Shown: positions 24,171 to 35,956 of the stretch, piece by piece
Layout: each line of letters opens with the position of its first letter
Numbering within the stretch: the first letter of the stretch is position 1
Source: Octopus sinensis
Taxonomy: Eukaryota
Direction: 5' to 3'
DNA length: 64,000 nucleotides
Assembly: GCF_006345805.1 (NCBI RefSeq)
Contig: NC_043023.1
Location: 496,001-560,000, forward strand
Position numbers and translations under genes: made by a program
The notes under the pieces: model-generated
The model's database searches: none
What the model saw: only the letters and a program-made list of their open reading frames with translations
Told to the model about the DNA's origin: nothing

Positions 24171-24502
24171 GGTAGGCACGTACGTCATAAGTATTGTACA
24201 CACAGACATATTTACATACATATATGCATATATACACACACGTATGTATATGTATATAATGCATACATATATGTATATGTCTGTATGCATATATATATAT
24301 GTATATATACACATATATATTTGGATATATACACGTATGTATCTATATATATATATACAGAGATAAACATATGAATATACATGCATATATACACAGATAT
24401 GAATATATACATTACACGTATACACACACACATATATATATACATGTATATACATATCTATCTATCTATCTATCTATCTATCGATATATATATATATTAT
24501 AT

Positions 24503-24533
<31 letters not shown>

Positions 24534-24793
24534 GCGTACACATACACATAGGTATACATGCACTCACATGCACATACAGATTATGAAAGCAATTTTGTAA
24601 ATCGATATTTGAGTATATCTACATATGTGTATTTGTATACAATAGTGTGTGTGTGTGCCTGTGTGTGTTTTTGCATTTGTGCGTTTGTGTGTGTGAGTCA
24701 GTGTGTTAATGTGCGTGTATGTGTATCTAGAGGCGTCGTTGTCCATGTTTGTAAGTCCGAGCGTCTCTGTCTGTGTGTTTCAGGGTGTATGTG

Positions 24794-24827
<34 letters not shown>

Positions 24828-25204
24828 ATGTGTGTGTGTCTGTATGTGTGTGCGTATATGTTTGAATTTGTTTGTGTTGCGTCTGTATTTGTTAGAGCAT
24901 GTGTGCGTGTATGTGTGAATATGTGTCTGTATGTGTGTGAATGTGTGAGTGTGTGTGTGTGCCATTGTGCTTATGTGCGTATGTGTTAGTGTGTGTGGTT
25001 GGGTATGTGTGTCTGTCTGTGTGTCTCATATTTTAAAAGCCTCCGCAACAATAAAAATTAAGAGATAAATTCTTTGATGATAATTCTCCCATAAAACAAT
25101 GCGCTGAAGGCCACAACATCAGCATTTATGTGGCTTTCCTCTTAAATTTTGATCTCAAAGCTTAACAAACCGCAAACAGCGTCACTGCTACCACCACCAC
25201 CACC

Positions 25205-25286
<82 letters not shown>

Positions 25287-25294
25287 GCATATAT

Positions 25295-25810
25295 CGTTTG
25301 AGAGAGATTTGGTATTATTTCTATCAGGTTTAGCTCCCTCATCGGCTCATACATACATAGATACATAAGACAGAAGGGTGTGATTTGAGGGGGATTTGGC
25401 TGCTATTTCTACCAGTTCTAGCTACTATGAAGAAGAGGTCTCTCTCATTGGCTCATACATATATACATACATATGACAGTCAGGGTGTGAGTTGAGGGAA
25501 ATTTGGCCGCTATTCCTAGTAGCTCTAGCTACCATGTAGAGGTCTCCCACACTGGCTCATACATACGAGGTGTGTATGAAAAGTCTTGAGCCTCAAAAAA
25601 AAAAAACGAGGAAAAAACAAAATATGGTACAAGACTTCTGATGGAGGTACCAAACTTCAAGGCTCAAAGGCCTTGAAAGCTCAAAGGCTTTGAAGGCTGA
25701 AACTTTTTCATACGCCCCTCGTACATATATACATACATGAGATAGCAGGGTATGATTTGAAGGGTATTTGGTTGCTAGTTCTACTAGATCTAGCTACCTC
25801 ATTGGCTCAC
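25295..25810 (+). repeat. ~105-bp unit tandem array, locus 2 (4 units), interrupted by a mariner MITE
   Basis: TTGG anchors at 25309, 25396, 25503 and 25768 (105 bp once the MITE is removed). Confidence 0.88.
25564..25723. mobile_element. 160-bp mariner-type MITE
   Basis: TA|CGAGGTGTGTATGAAAAGT ... ACTTTTTCATACGCCCCTCG|TA. Confidence 0.88.
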
Positions 25811-25952
25811 ACATACATATATACATATATACATATATACATACATACATACATACATACATACATACATACGATTCAATATTTGACCACGTGTGTATCG
25901 CTGGCGATTTTTTTCCTCCGTGTTCCCTTCCTTGGATCTTTCCTTTTTCTAT

Positions 25953-25987
25953 GTTCCTGACGAAGAGCTCCGCTCGAAACGTTAAAT
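25953..25987 (+). ncRNA. Minimal type-I hammerhead motif (family CUGACGA), within PLE-like repeat 25870-26040
   Basis: GTTC CTGACGA A GAGC TCC GCTC GAAA CG TT AAAT; helix I imperfect. Confidence 0.65.
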
Positions 25988-26154
25988 CCTTCTTTCCTCG
26001 CGTTGTTGTGTTTACTCTTTGTATTTTCGTGTTTGGATTAACTCTACATACATACATACATACATACATACATACATACATACATACATACATACATACA
26101 TACATACATACATACACACATACATACATACATACATACATTCATACATACATA

Positions 26155-26380
26155 AAAATCTGACGTGGCTTCTCCAAATCCAATCTGTTAGTGGCACAGT
26201 GAAGATCTGTAAGACATTCCAAAGATTCTCCATCTGAGATTCTTTAGGTAAATAGATGTGTGCACCGATAGTTCAACCAACACACTAACTCAACCACAAC
26301 TTTACAAACACCGGGACCTGTTTTAACCCAAAATGTCTTGCCGCTTTGTTAGTGACTGATTTGAACCTTCTTAAGAAAAA
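26155..26380 (+). mobile_element. R4-like RLE non-LTR retrotransposon, extreme 3' end
   Basis: LQIQSVSGTVKICKTFQRFSI* + 3' UTR shared with 27310-27480; starts directly after (TACA)n. Confidence 0.75.
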
Positions 26381-26419
26381 CTTAAATAAAACTCAATGAA
26401 AAACATACATTCATGCACA

Positions 26420-27480
26420 GTGATGGTGAAAGAAAATGTCGTCTCTACTATAAACATATAGAAAATATCCCCCCCCCATCATCATCAGCTGCTCCCAAAT
26501 GTCTGCGTGATACTACCTGCCCCTGAAGCATGATATAGATGCAATGAATATTTATAACGCTATTCACAGGAAGGACTGCCCTGGCGTTTACATCAAAGGC
26601 ATGTCAGAACCAGCAGGTATTTACACCTTCAGAAACAAGGAATTGTAATAGAATACTCGAATAAAAACATTAATTCTATGCAAACATAGCAGACCTGGTA
26701 TTGTTCTGTGTGGAAGCGCGATGGCCTAGTGTTTAGGGCAGCGGACTCAATGTCGGAGGATCGCAGTTTCGATTCCCAGACCGTTGTGTGTGTTTATTGA
26801 GCGAAAACACCTAAAGCTCCACGAGGATCCGGCAGGGAGGGGTGGCGACCCTTGTTGTATTCTTTCGCCCCGACTTTCTCTCACTCTTTCTTCCTGTTTC
26901 TTGAGTAACGCTGCGATGGACTGGCGTCCCTTCCAGCTGGGGGGAACACATACGCCACAGAAACCAGGAAACCGGGCCCATGAGCCTGGTTAGGCTTGAA
27001 AAGGGCGCATAAATAAATAAATTGTTCTGTGGGACAGGGAACAAAGGGCATGCTCTGTTGTGAAGATCAGCTGCCCAACAGATTTCAATGAACAATCAAA
27101 AGTCCAGGATAAAGAGAACGTTTATGGCGAATCAATACAGAACTTGTAGCTTTTCTACCCTAATTATAAATTCCCATTTGTATCGACCACCATAAGGGCA
27201 TTAGGCTCTGAACCTGCAAATTTATACAAGAACCTAGAACTACAAGGTTTCTCGGAGGAAGAGCAAAAGAAACTGACGCAGAGTCCCTAAATCTAATCTA
27301 TTGGTAACACAAGGAAGATTTCAAGAATTCTCCATCTGAGATTCTTATGTGAATCGATGCACACACTTGGCGTTTCGGCATTTCGGTTAGCACACCAACT
27401 CAACCAGATATTTAGAAACCTCCAGAATTCTCTGAACTCAAACAGTTTTGTCACCTTGTTAACCCGCTTGAATTCTGGTA
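26420..27480 (+). mobile_element. R4-like RLE retrotransposon, 3' ~750 bp (CCHC knuckle + RLE nuclease), degenerate, split by a SINE
   Basis: KCRL....IEN..HIISC.QMS..YYLPLKHD ... CKHSRPGIVLWDREQRACSVVKISCPTDFN...KENVYG...FYPNYKF. Confidence 0.85.
26711..27020 (+). mobile_element. SINE family C, subtype 2, full length, 11-bp TSD
   Basis: TSD ATTGTTCTGTG at 26700-10 and 27021-31; (TAAA)n tail. Confidence 0.92.
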
Positions 27481-27572
27481 AGAACTTAAAACTATAAAAA
27501 AATCATGCACATAATACATACATACACGCACACACGTACATACATACATACATACATACATACATACATACA

Positions 27573-27606
<34 letters not shown>

Positions 27607-27634
27607 CATACATACATACATACGTATATACATA

Positions 27635-27880
27635 TGCACGTACATTTGGTTACTATTTCTAACAGGTCTAGCAACCAAACAGCAGTCTCTTTCATTGGCT
27701 TGTGCATATATACGGTTCATAAACAATGGACTGCGATTTGAGAGAAATTTGGCTGCTATTTCTACCAGATCTACCTACTATGTAGAGGTATCCCTCATTG
27801 GCTCATACATACTTATATACATACATAGGACAGTAGGGTGTGATTCGAGAGATTTGGCTGATGTTTCTAGCAAGCTCATA
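27635..27880 (+). repeat. ~105-bp unit tandem array, locus 3 (3 units)
   Basis: TTGG anchors at ~27646, 27749 and 27853. Confidence 0.85.
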
Positions 27881-28639
27881 TGAACTAGTAGTAGTCGTAG
27901 TAGTTGCATAATTATCGTTTGTTGTTTTGCACAGCTTCGAGATTTTTAAAGAATTTACCAAACCTTAAAAATGCAGTTAGAGCCTTGAGCAAGTTCTTCG
28001 GTTATTGGTGATCAAACAGATATTAATTTGAAATTATAGATATACTGGCAAAATTTTTACACACACACACGCATACGCACTTACACACACACACACACAC
28101 ACAGACGCACGCACGCACACACACACGCACGCACACACGAGCATACGCCCACACGCACACACACACACATACACTCACACAGACACGCACAAATAAACAA
28201 ACAGGAGCATATATACATCACATACCTACACACACTCATGCACATACATTCACACATATAGACACATATATACACAAATAGAAGCATACATACATACACT
28301 ACATACATCGACAGACACACATACATATACACACAAACAGAAGTTATATATATATGTATGTGTGTGTGTATATATATCACAGACACGCATCCACACCCAC
28401 GCACCAACACACACAGAAACTAAGGCATACACACAATACAATCGTGCACACATACGCACACGCCACAATACGTGCACGTATTTTACACATAAGCATATAA
28501 ATACACGCAAATACACGTGCACGCGTACACACACATTCACAAACAGAAGCCGCCATATTTCATACAGTTATACAACGGTCATACAGCACATACACGGACA
28601 CGAGAATAAACTACAGGTATACGGACATACATACACAAC

Positions 28640-28800
28640 GATACTTTACCTGCTGAGTTCAAATTCTGGTGAGGTCGAGTTTGTCTATCATCCTTCGGGG
28701 GTCGATATAATAAGTACCAGTTGAGCATTGGGTCGATGTAATCAACTAGCCCCTCTTCACAAAATTTCGGTTCTTGCACGTATATTGTAAAGGATTATTA
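28640..28800 (+). mobile_element. SINE family A, 5'-truncated
   Basis: GAGTTCAAATTCTGGTGAGGTCGAG...CATCCTTCGGGGGTCGAT...AGTACCAGTTG. Confidence 0.8.
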
Positions 28801-28808
28801 TTATTATT

Positions 28809-28865
<57 letters not shown>

Positions 28866-28886
<21 letters not shown>

Positions 28887-29410
28887 GAGTGAGAGAGCAG
28901 TGCATGCCATCAAAATGACATTGGGGTAAAATATACAAAGCCCAGTATACCCATCATGACTACCCGTCTGATAAGGGTACACCAGGCATATGCATCACAA
29001 CCATATGTGCGCAACATCGTGATTTCATATCAAGATAAACAGCACATGACCTTGCAGGTGGGGCCCAGTTAGAATTTTTTTCTGGTCAAGTAGCCTGTTC
29101 CGCTCAAAAGGTCCCTGAATAAGAGTTGATTAAGGATCTTCAACGAACCACCCATGTTTCCAAAGGTGAATTATCCAAACCTCTAAGAATCCCTCTCAAC
29201 ACATGGCTATGATGCTCCCCCACTACTCCTGCTCGTGATCAGGACATGCTCTAAGGGACATGCTCAACTGGTTAAGGTCAAACAACTGACAAGCAAATCT
29301 GTGGTATTGAGCAAAATATTTGCTGTAGCCCATCTTTTATGCCAAGACAAAACAATGTACGTGATAACACTTCCAATTAGTTAAAATCAGAAGCCACGAG
29401 AACCACTGCC
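28866..29410 (-). mobile_element. Unclassified interspersed repeat with (TAA)n tail, possibly a LINE 3' UTR
   Basis: Abuts (TAA)n at 28845-28866; segment GATAACACTTCCAAT.AGTTAA.ATCAGAAGCCA.GAG recurs at 19457. Confidence 0.5.
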
Positions 29411-29477
29411 TTGTACTGCATTATCACGGCATTTATTACTATTATTATTATTATTGCTATTATTATTATTATTATTA

Positions 29478-29593
<116 letters not shown>

Positions 29594-29639
29594 CATTATT
29601 ATTATTATTATTCTTGTTGTTGCTGTTGTTGTTATTGTT

Positions 29640-29830
29640 GTTGTTGGCTGGCGGAATCGTTAGCACGAAGGACAAAATGTTTAGTGGCATTTCATATGTC
29701 TTTACATTCCGAGTTCAAATTTCACTGAGATGGACTTTGCTTTTCATTGCTTCGGGTTCAATGGAATAAGTACCTGCTAAATGCTGCGATCGATGAAATC
29801 AAATTCCCCTCCCCTCAACATTATTTTAGA
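29640..29830 (+). mobile_element. SINE family A, degenerate
   Basis: CTGGCGGAATCGTTAGCACG...GAGTTCAAATTTCACTGAGATGGACTTTGC. Confidence 0.75.
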
Positions 29831-30089
29831 AAGAGTAACCTGGCGAATGGATCTTGCTATTGTTTAGTGACTGTCACGCTAGTTCTGTCTGAGAATTACG
29901 TTGAGAGTACCCATGTCTATGGAGTACTCAGCCACTTACAAGTTGATTCGATGAAATTGATAGTTCAGTTGATGTCAGAAATGAAAATTCATGCTCGGAG
30001 ATTGTAACGAAGATGCATTATATGACTAATACACACACATACACACACACACACATGCACACACACATTCTTTCTCTCTTTCTTTCTCT

Positions 30090-30120
<31 letters not shown>

Positions 30121-30169
30121 TATATAAATAAATATATACACATATACACACATAAACATATATATGAAA

Positions 30170-30320
30170 CATGTCCTCCGTAACTTAGCGGTTCGGCAAA
30201 AATGATCAATAGAATAAGTACTAGGTTCAGAAAGAATAAGTCCTGGGGTCGATTTGTTCGACTAAAGGCAGTGCACCAGCATGGGCGCAGTCAAATGATT
30301 GAAACCAATAAAAGAATAAG
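30170..30320 (+). mobile_element. SINE family B, 3' part
   Basis: CGTAACTTAGCGGTTCGGCAAAA...GGGGTCGATTTGTTCGACTAAAGGC. Confidence 0.85.
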
Positions 30321-31289
30321 AGAATGGAAACACATACACGCCTGTATACACATGGGTATATAAGTGTGAGTATATATATATATATATAGATATAATATAT
30401 ATAATATATATATATATATATACACACACATAACGTATGTATTTACGCACTTATATATGTACTTATATGTGTATATATATTTATACATATGCATACACGT
30501 ATATATATATATATATACATAAATACAGAAAGTGTGTAAATATGTAGATATATTAATTTAAATACACATATATATACATGTATGTACATATATATATGCA
30601 TATATATATATATATATATACGTACATATGCACTTTTATATGTTCATATATATGTGTGCGTGTGTATGTATGTAAACATATAATATATGTGTACGTGTGT
30701 GTATATATATACACACACATACTAACATAGCCACACACAAACGCACAGATATATACGACTTGCCTCCATTTTTAGTTATCTTATTAAAGATATTTTCGTA
30801 TATACCATTTAACTGTTTCTTTATATATTTCGGATCATAAATTTCCGAAAGCCAATTGACGATTCTCCAATCATTCTTCACAGTCTCTTCAAGAAGGAAA
30901 TGGTTTTAGTGCCACTTCTTAGCACCATTTTATTGCAGAATATAACATGTTAACGAGCTTCTGTCTGATTGGATTAATTATGGATAGACTTTAAACATTT
31001 TAATGCTCCCTTTCTATCTTCAATATGTTAACACTAACCCACCCACCTACTTATCTATCTGTGTCCATCTATCTATGTATCTATCTGCCTATATAGTTTT
31101 ACATCTATCTGTCGAGTTATATGTGCATCTCTCTCTCTATGTACTTATCTGTCCATCACTCTTTCGGACTATTTGTCTATATATCTACATATGAATATTT
31201 ACCCGTTTGTCCTATGTATTTATTTGTCTATCTATCTATCTGTCTGTCTATCTCTTTCTCTTTTTCTCTGTTCATGTCTATCGGTTTTC

Positions 31290-31295
31290 TTTCTT

Positions 31296-31349
<54 letters not shown>

Positions 31350-31387
31350 CATCAATCTGCCTATCTATCTATCTATCTATCTATCTA

Positions 31388-31433
<46 letters not shown>

Positions 31434-31440
31434 GTCTGTC
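31290..31440. repeat. (CTAT)n microsatellite
   Basis: Direct tandem. Confidence 0.9.
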
Positions 31441-31804
31441 TGTCTCCAGTTATCTACACATCTTTCGTTCTATCTATATGTATATCGATATATCTATAGC
31501 TATTAACCCGCCTACCTACTTCGTTACCTACCTACCTACCTACCTACCTACCTACTTACCTTTCTATAGATTTATGCATCTAACCATGTATCTTACCTTG
31601 TCTCTAATGCTGTCTCTCTTTACCTCACCGTCCATCTTTATCTATAGCGTGTCAGTGTGTTTATATATCGAGACAATTTCTCTACTTAACAGTTCACAGC
31701 ATAAAGCTAGCCTCGCTCTCAGTTTGTTTTATTAAAAACAATATTGTTTCGTGAACGGACGAAATAAATGTTTTATATTGCACTCATTCATTATCATAAA
31801 ACCT

Positions 31805-32552
31805 ATGTATGTAGTATGTATGTATGTATGTATGTATGTATGTAGTATGTATGTATGTATGTATGTATGTATGTATGTATTATGTATGTATGCATGTAGT
31901 ATGTATGTATGTATGTATGTAGGTATGTATGTATGATTGTATGTATGTATGTGTGTATGTATGTATCTTGTATGTATGTATGTGATGTATGTATGTATGT
32001 ATGTATGTATGTATGTATGTATGTATGCATGTATGTATGTATGTATGATGTATGTATGTATGTGTGTATGTATGTATGTATGTATGTATGAGTGTATGTA
32101 TGTGTGTATGTATGTATGTATGTATGTATGTATGTATGTATGTTGTTTATGAGTGTATGTATGTATGAGTGTATGCATGTATGTGTGTATGTATGTATGT
32201 ATGTATGTATGTATGTATGAGTGTATGTATGTATGTGTGTATGTATGTATGTATGTATGTATTTTTGTATGTATGTATGTATGAGTGTATGTATGTATGT
32301 ATGTATGTATGTATGTATGCATGTATGTATGTATGTATGAGTGTATGTATGTATGTGTATGTATGTATGTATGTATGTATGTATGTATGAGTGTATGTAT
32401 GTATGTGTGTATGTATGTATGCATGTATGTATGTATGTATGAGTGTATGTATGTATGTGTGTATGTATGCATGTATGTATGTATGTATGAGTGTATGTAT
32501 GTATGTATGTATGTATGTATGCATGTATGTATGTATGTATGTATGTATGTAT
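31805..32552. repeat. (TATG)n array, ~750 bp
   Basis: Direct tandem with recurring TATGAGTG variants. Confidence 0.95.
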
Positions 32553-32574
32553 GCCTTGCAAGGTCATGTATGCC

Positions 32575-32612
<38 letters not shown>

Positions 32613-32613
<1 letters not shown>

Positions 32614-32831
32614 GCGAGGGGTACTGAAACGTTCCTGGTTTTAAGGGTGTCGCGAAAGGCCTGGCTGGAGGCGTAAACTTCTAAGTTCTTTTACAGAGCT
32701 TAGAGAAATGAAGGTTCGCTTCAATAAGTAGTGTGAATCTAAGAGTGGAATATATTGAATAAAATCATAATTAACTGATCCTTCTCTATTTTATTTCCCC
32801 AAAGTCGGGAACTTTACAGCAACCCTTCATA
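32613..32831 (+). mobile_element. Mariner-derived MITE (~220 bp) retaining the transposase C-terminal codons
   Basis: CGAGGGGTACTGAAACGTTCCTGG ... GGGAACTTTACAGCAACCCTTCATA termini; internal reading resembles LEK..R.NK.V.L.GEY.E*. Confidence 0.7.
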
Positions 32832-32901
32832 TAGAGAAAACACAACAACGCGAGGACGTGGAACAAGTATAGTGCTATTGGACGCTTAGGAAAGAAGGAG
32901 G

Positions 32902-32936
32902 ATTTAACGTTTCGAGCGGAGCTCTTCGTCAGAAAT
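32902..32936 (-). ncRNA. Minimal type-I hammerhead motif (family CUGACGA), intact, within PLE-like repeat 32835-33015
   Basis: Minus strand: ATTT CTGACGA A GAGC TCC GCTC GAAA CG TT AAAT; palindromic AACGTT helix III. Confidence 0.75.
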
Positions 32937-33015
32937 ATAGAAAAAGGAAAGGTACAAGGAAGGGAAGACGGAGGAAAAAAATCGCCAACGATACACACGT
33001 GCTCACATATTGAAA

Positions 33016-33059
<44 letters not shown>

Positions 33060-33084
<25 letters not shown>

Positions 33085-33275
33085 TTGTCCTCCGCACCAT
33101 CGCTTGGCAATCGATATCGGTGTGTTTACATCTCCGTAACTTAGCGGTTCGGAAAAAAAGGTCCGATAGAATAAATACTAGACTTACAATGAGTAAGTCC
33201 TAGGGTCGATTTGTTCGACCAAAGGCGGTGCACCAGCATGGCCGCAGTTAAATGACTGAAACAAGTAAAAGAACA
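33060..33275 (+). mobile_element. SINE family B, 3' part
   Basis: Same tail as the other copies, ending GAAACAAGTAAAAGA. Confidence 0.85.
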
Positions 33276-33639
33276 TATATATATTGCATTAAAAATAGGT
33301 GTTTTTAAACAAGTGCTCAACTCTGAGCTACAATACGAGTTACTTGATGATTTGCATATTCAGTTTTAATACGTACGGTAGGCTCGAACGTGAATTTACT
33401 AATCACTGTTCTATTTCGTAATTGGAGAAGAACTTCTTTCAAACCGTCTATTTATGTCAGGTGTCTTTGAGACATTCGGTGTTTCGACACTCTTGTGTCC
33501 CCTCAGTGAAGTTACTCCGCCTTAGTGAATTTACCAAGACTTAGTGACTCTTGTTTATTGGTTTAGCAAATAGATTATTTGCTGAAGCGCGCGAATGTCC
33601 ACCAGCCAATAATATATTCTTATAGAACAATGATTTTGT

Positions 33640-34017
33640 CTTTATTCTTTTTCTTTTACTTGTTCCAGTCATTAGACTGCGACCATTCTAGGACCCTTCT
33701 TAAAGAACTTTTGTCGAACGAATCGACGCCAGCATTTTTAAGGTTTGGTACTTATTTTATCGATCGGTTTTGTCGAGCCGCTAAGTTACAGGGACGTAAA
33801 CATACCAATGTTGGTTGTCAAGCGGTGGTGTGGATCAACATAGGCATTAAGACAGACAAACACAGACACACACACACGCGTGTGTCTGTGTGTGTATATG
33901 TATATAAATGTATATACGACAGGCTTCTTTTACATTATTTACATATACCCTCCAGCCTTCATCAGGTGTATTGGGGAAATTTCGAACCTAGGTTCTCATT
34001 AATATGGTATTTTTCGA

Positions 34018-34066
<49 letters not shown>

Positions 34067-34184
34067 TTTATTTTTATTTTTATTTTTATTATCATTATTA
34101 TGCCCACGGATATATGTTGTAGTGGTTGAGAGCACGGGCTACTAACTCCAAGATTCCGAGTTCGATTCCAGGCAGTGACCTGAA

Positions 34185-34273
<89 letters not shown>

Positions 34274-34600
34274 TCGAAAAATACCTTACGAAATTTCCCC
34301 TAGACACCTGATGAAGGCTGGAGGGAATATCATCCGACGAAACATTGTGTTAACAACAAAAAAGATGAGGACAAATATCCATCAAATGCAAATAATATAA
34401 ATGATGTACATAATTCCTCATCTCTTAAATATAGAACAGGCTTCTTTTAGTTTCCGTCTACCAAACCCACTCACAACGCTTTCGTCGTCCCAAGGCTATA
34501 ATTGAAGAGACTTGGCCAAGATGCCAGGCAGAAGTGTTGAACCCGGAACTACGTGGGTGGGTAGCAAATTTCTTACCACTCAGCCACACCTGCGCATATG
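33640..34600 (-). mobile_element. SINE family B split by the 33932-34435 insertion
   Basis: Tail at 33640-33931 and head at 34436-34600 rejoin at duplicated ACAGGCTTCTTTT. Confidence 0.8.
33932..34435 (+). mobile_element. TSD-bounded composite: inverted partial tail + tRNA-like head + (TAC)n(TAA)n + PLE-like tail with degenerate hammerhead
   Basis: 13-bp TSD at 33919-31 and 34436-48; B-box GTTCGATTC at 34160-68; GACAC CTGATGA A GGCTG GAGGGAATAT CATCC GAC GAAA CA TT GTGTT at ~34313-34362. Confidence 0.7.
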
Positions 34601-34659
34601 ACTTTAAAGTTTTGGAAGTAACTGTCGGATTTCTAGAGGATGCGTGGTTGCTTCGGTTA

Positions 34660-35560
34660 TAAACTTCAGTCCATCAACTTAATATGACATTACATTTGTT
34701 CACATCCATATATTCAGTATCAAGCCTCTTTGTATCTATGGCTGCATATGATGAAACTAAAAAGACAAGATCATTAAAGTTATTCCAGCTGTGTCCGTAC
34801 CATTTTATTCGGGCATAGTGTATCTAGGACTACATTATCTAATGTATAATATTGTAGATAGTATTACTGGCTGTTGTTGCTGTTTAGCCCCAGGTCAGTC
34901 CAGAACCAACAGACTTATGATCATAGATATTTCGCTTGTGACCACCCCATTTTTTATTCAGGCATAGTGTATCTAGGATTACATTATCTAATGTATAGTA
35001 GAGTAGTTACCAATGGTGGCTATAGTTGTTGTTGTTTAATTCCAGGCCAGTCCCAATCCAGCAGACCAATGATCAAAGTTATTCCAGCTATGCCCATCTC
35101 ATCTTTTATTCAGACATAACGTATCAAAGACTATATTATCCAATGTATTAGTGGCTGTTGCTGTTTAGCCCCGGGTCAGTCCCGACTCAGTAGACCAATG
35201 ATCAATAATCTTCCAGATGTGACCATCCCATCTATACAGACAGTGCAATCTAAAGTTACATTTCCTAATGTAGTCCTAGATACATTATGTCTGCACCATT
35301 GTTGTTTAGCCCCAGGCCAGTCCTAATCCTGCAGACCAATGATCATAGATGTTCCATCTGTGAGCATCCTATCTTTTATTCTGACACAATGTATCTAGGA
35401 CTACATTATGTAATGTATGTATAATAATTAGTATTATTGGCTCTCGTTGTTGTTTAGGTCCAGATCATTTTTGCTCCTGCAGACGTATGATCAAGAGATG
35501 TTCCAGCGATGACCATCACGCCTTTTTTTCTATCTGCATGAAACCTAGGCACACATAATC
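34660..35560 (+). repeat. Tandem array of a ~130-150-bp unit (6-7 diverged units)
   Basis: TGTTTAGCCCCAGGTCAG-like anchors at 34881, 35033, 35162, 35303 and 35451. Confidence 0.9.
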
Positions 35561-35570
35561 CAGTATATAT

Positions 35571-35799
35571 TTCTTTACTGCCCACAAGGGGCTAAACACA
35601 GAGGAGACAAACAAGGACAGACAAAGGGCTTAAGTCGATTACATCGACCCCAGTGCGTAACTGGTACTTTATTTATCGACCCCGAAAGGATGAAAGGCAA
35701 AGTCGACCTCGGCGGAATTTGAACTCAGAACGTAACGGCAGACGAAATGCGGTTACACATTTCGCCCGGCGTGCTAACGTTTCTGCCAGCTCACCGCCT
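35571..35799 (-). mobile_element. SINE family A, full length
   Basis: Reverse complement of the 9315 copy. Confidence 0.92.
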
Positions 35800-35903
35800 A
35801 ATCCAGTATATTCAATATATCAGTTCTCATCTCTTAGTGCGTGTTTTCAGGGAGATTTAGCTGCTATAACTAGCAAAACAAACGAACGCATAAAAGCTCC
35901 TTC

Positions 35904-35956
35904 ATTGGCACGTGGACCGGAAGTGTTAGTGCACAGCGTCTGGCAAGATGGCGGCC
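35904..35956 (+). promoter_or_regulatory. Cluster of CCAAT (ATTGG), E-box (CACGTG), ETS (CCGGAAGTG) and YY1 (CAAGATGGCGGC) motifs
   Basis: Exact motif matches at 35904, 35909, 35917 and 35944; no downstream gene identified. Confidence 0.3.

Noticed and set aside
30770-30990. Possible Penelope thumb-domain relic (also 47290-47600)
   Set aside because: Only vague residue patterns across stops; needs a profile search
33471-33515. Minus-strand CTGAGGG GACAC AAGA GTGTC GAAA CACCG AA
   Set aside because: Perfect helix II, but A9 and U16.1 are mutated and helix I is absent; relic only
34660-35560. CRISPR-like repeat/spacer appearance (also the 105-bp arrays)
   Set aside because: Eukaryotic context, long degenerate units, related spacers and no cas genes
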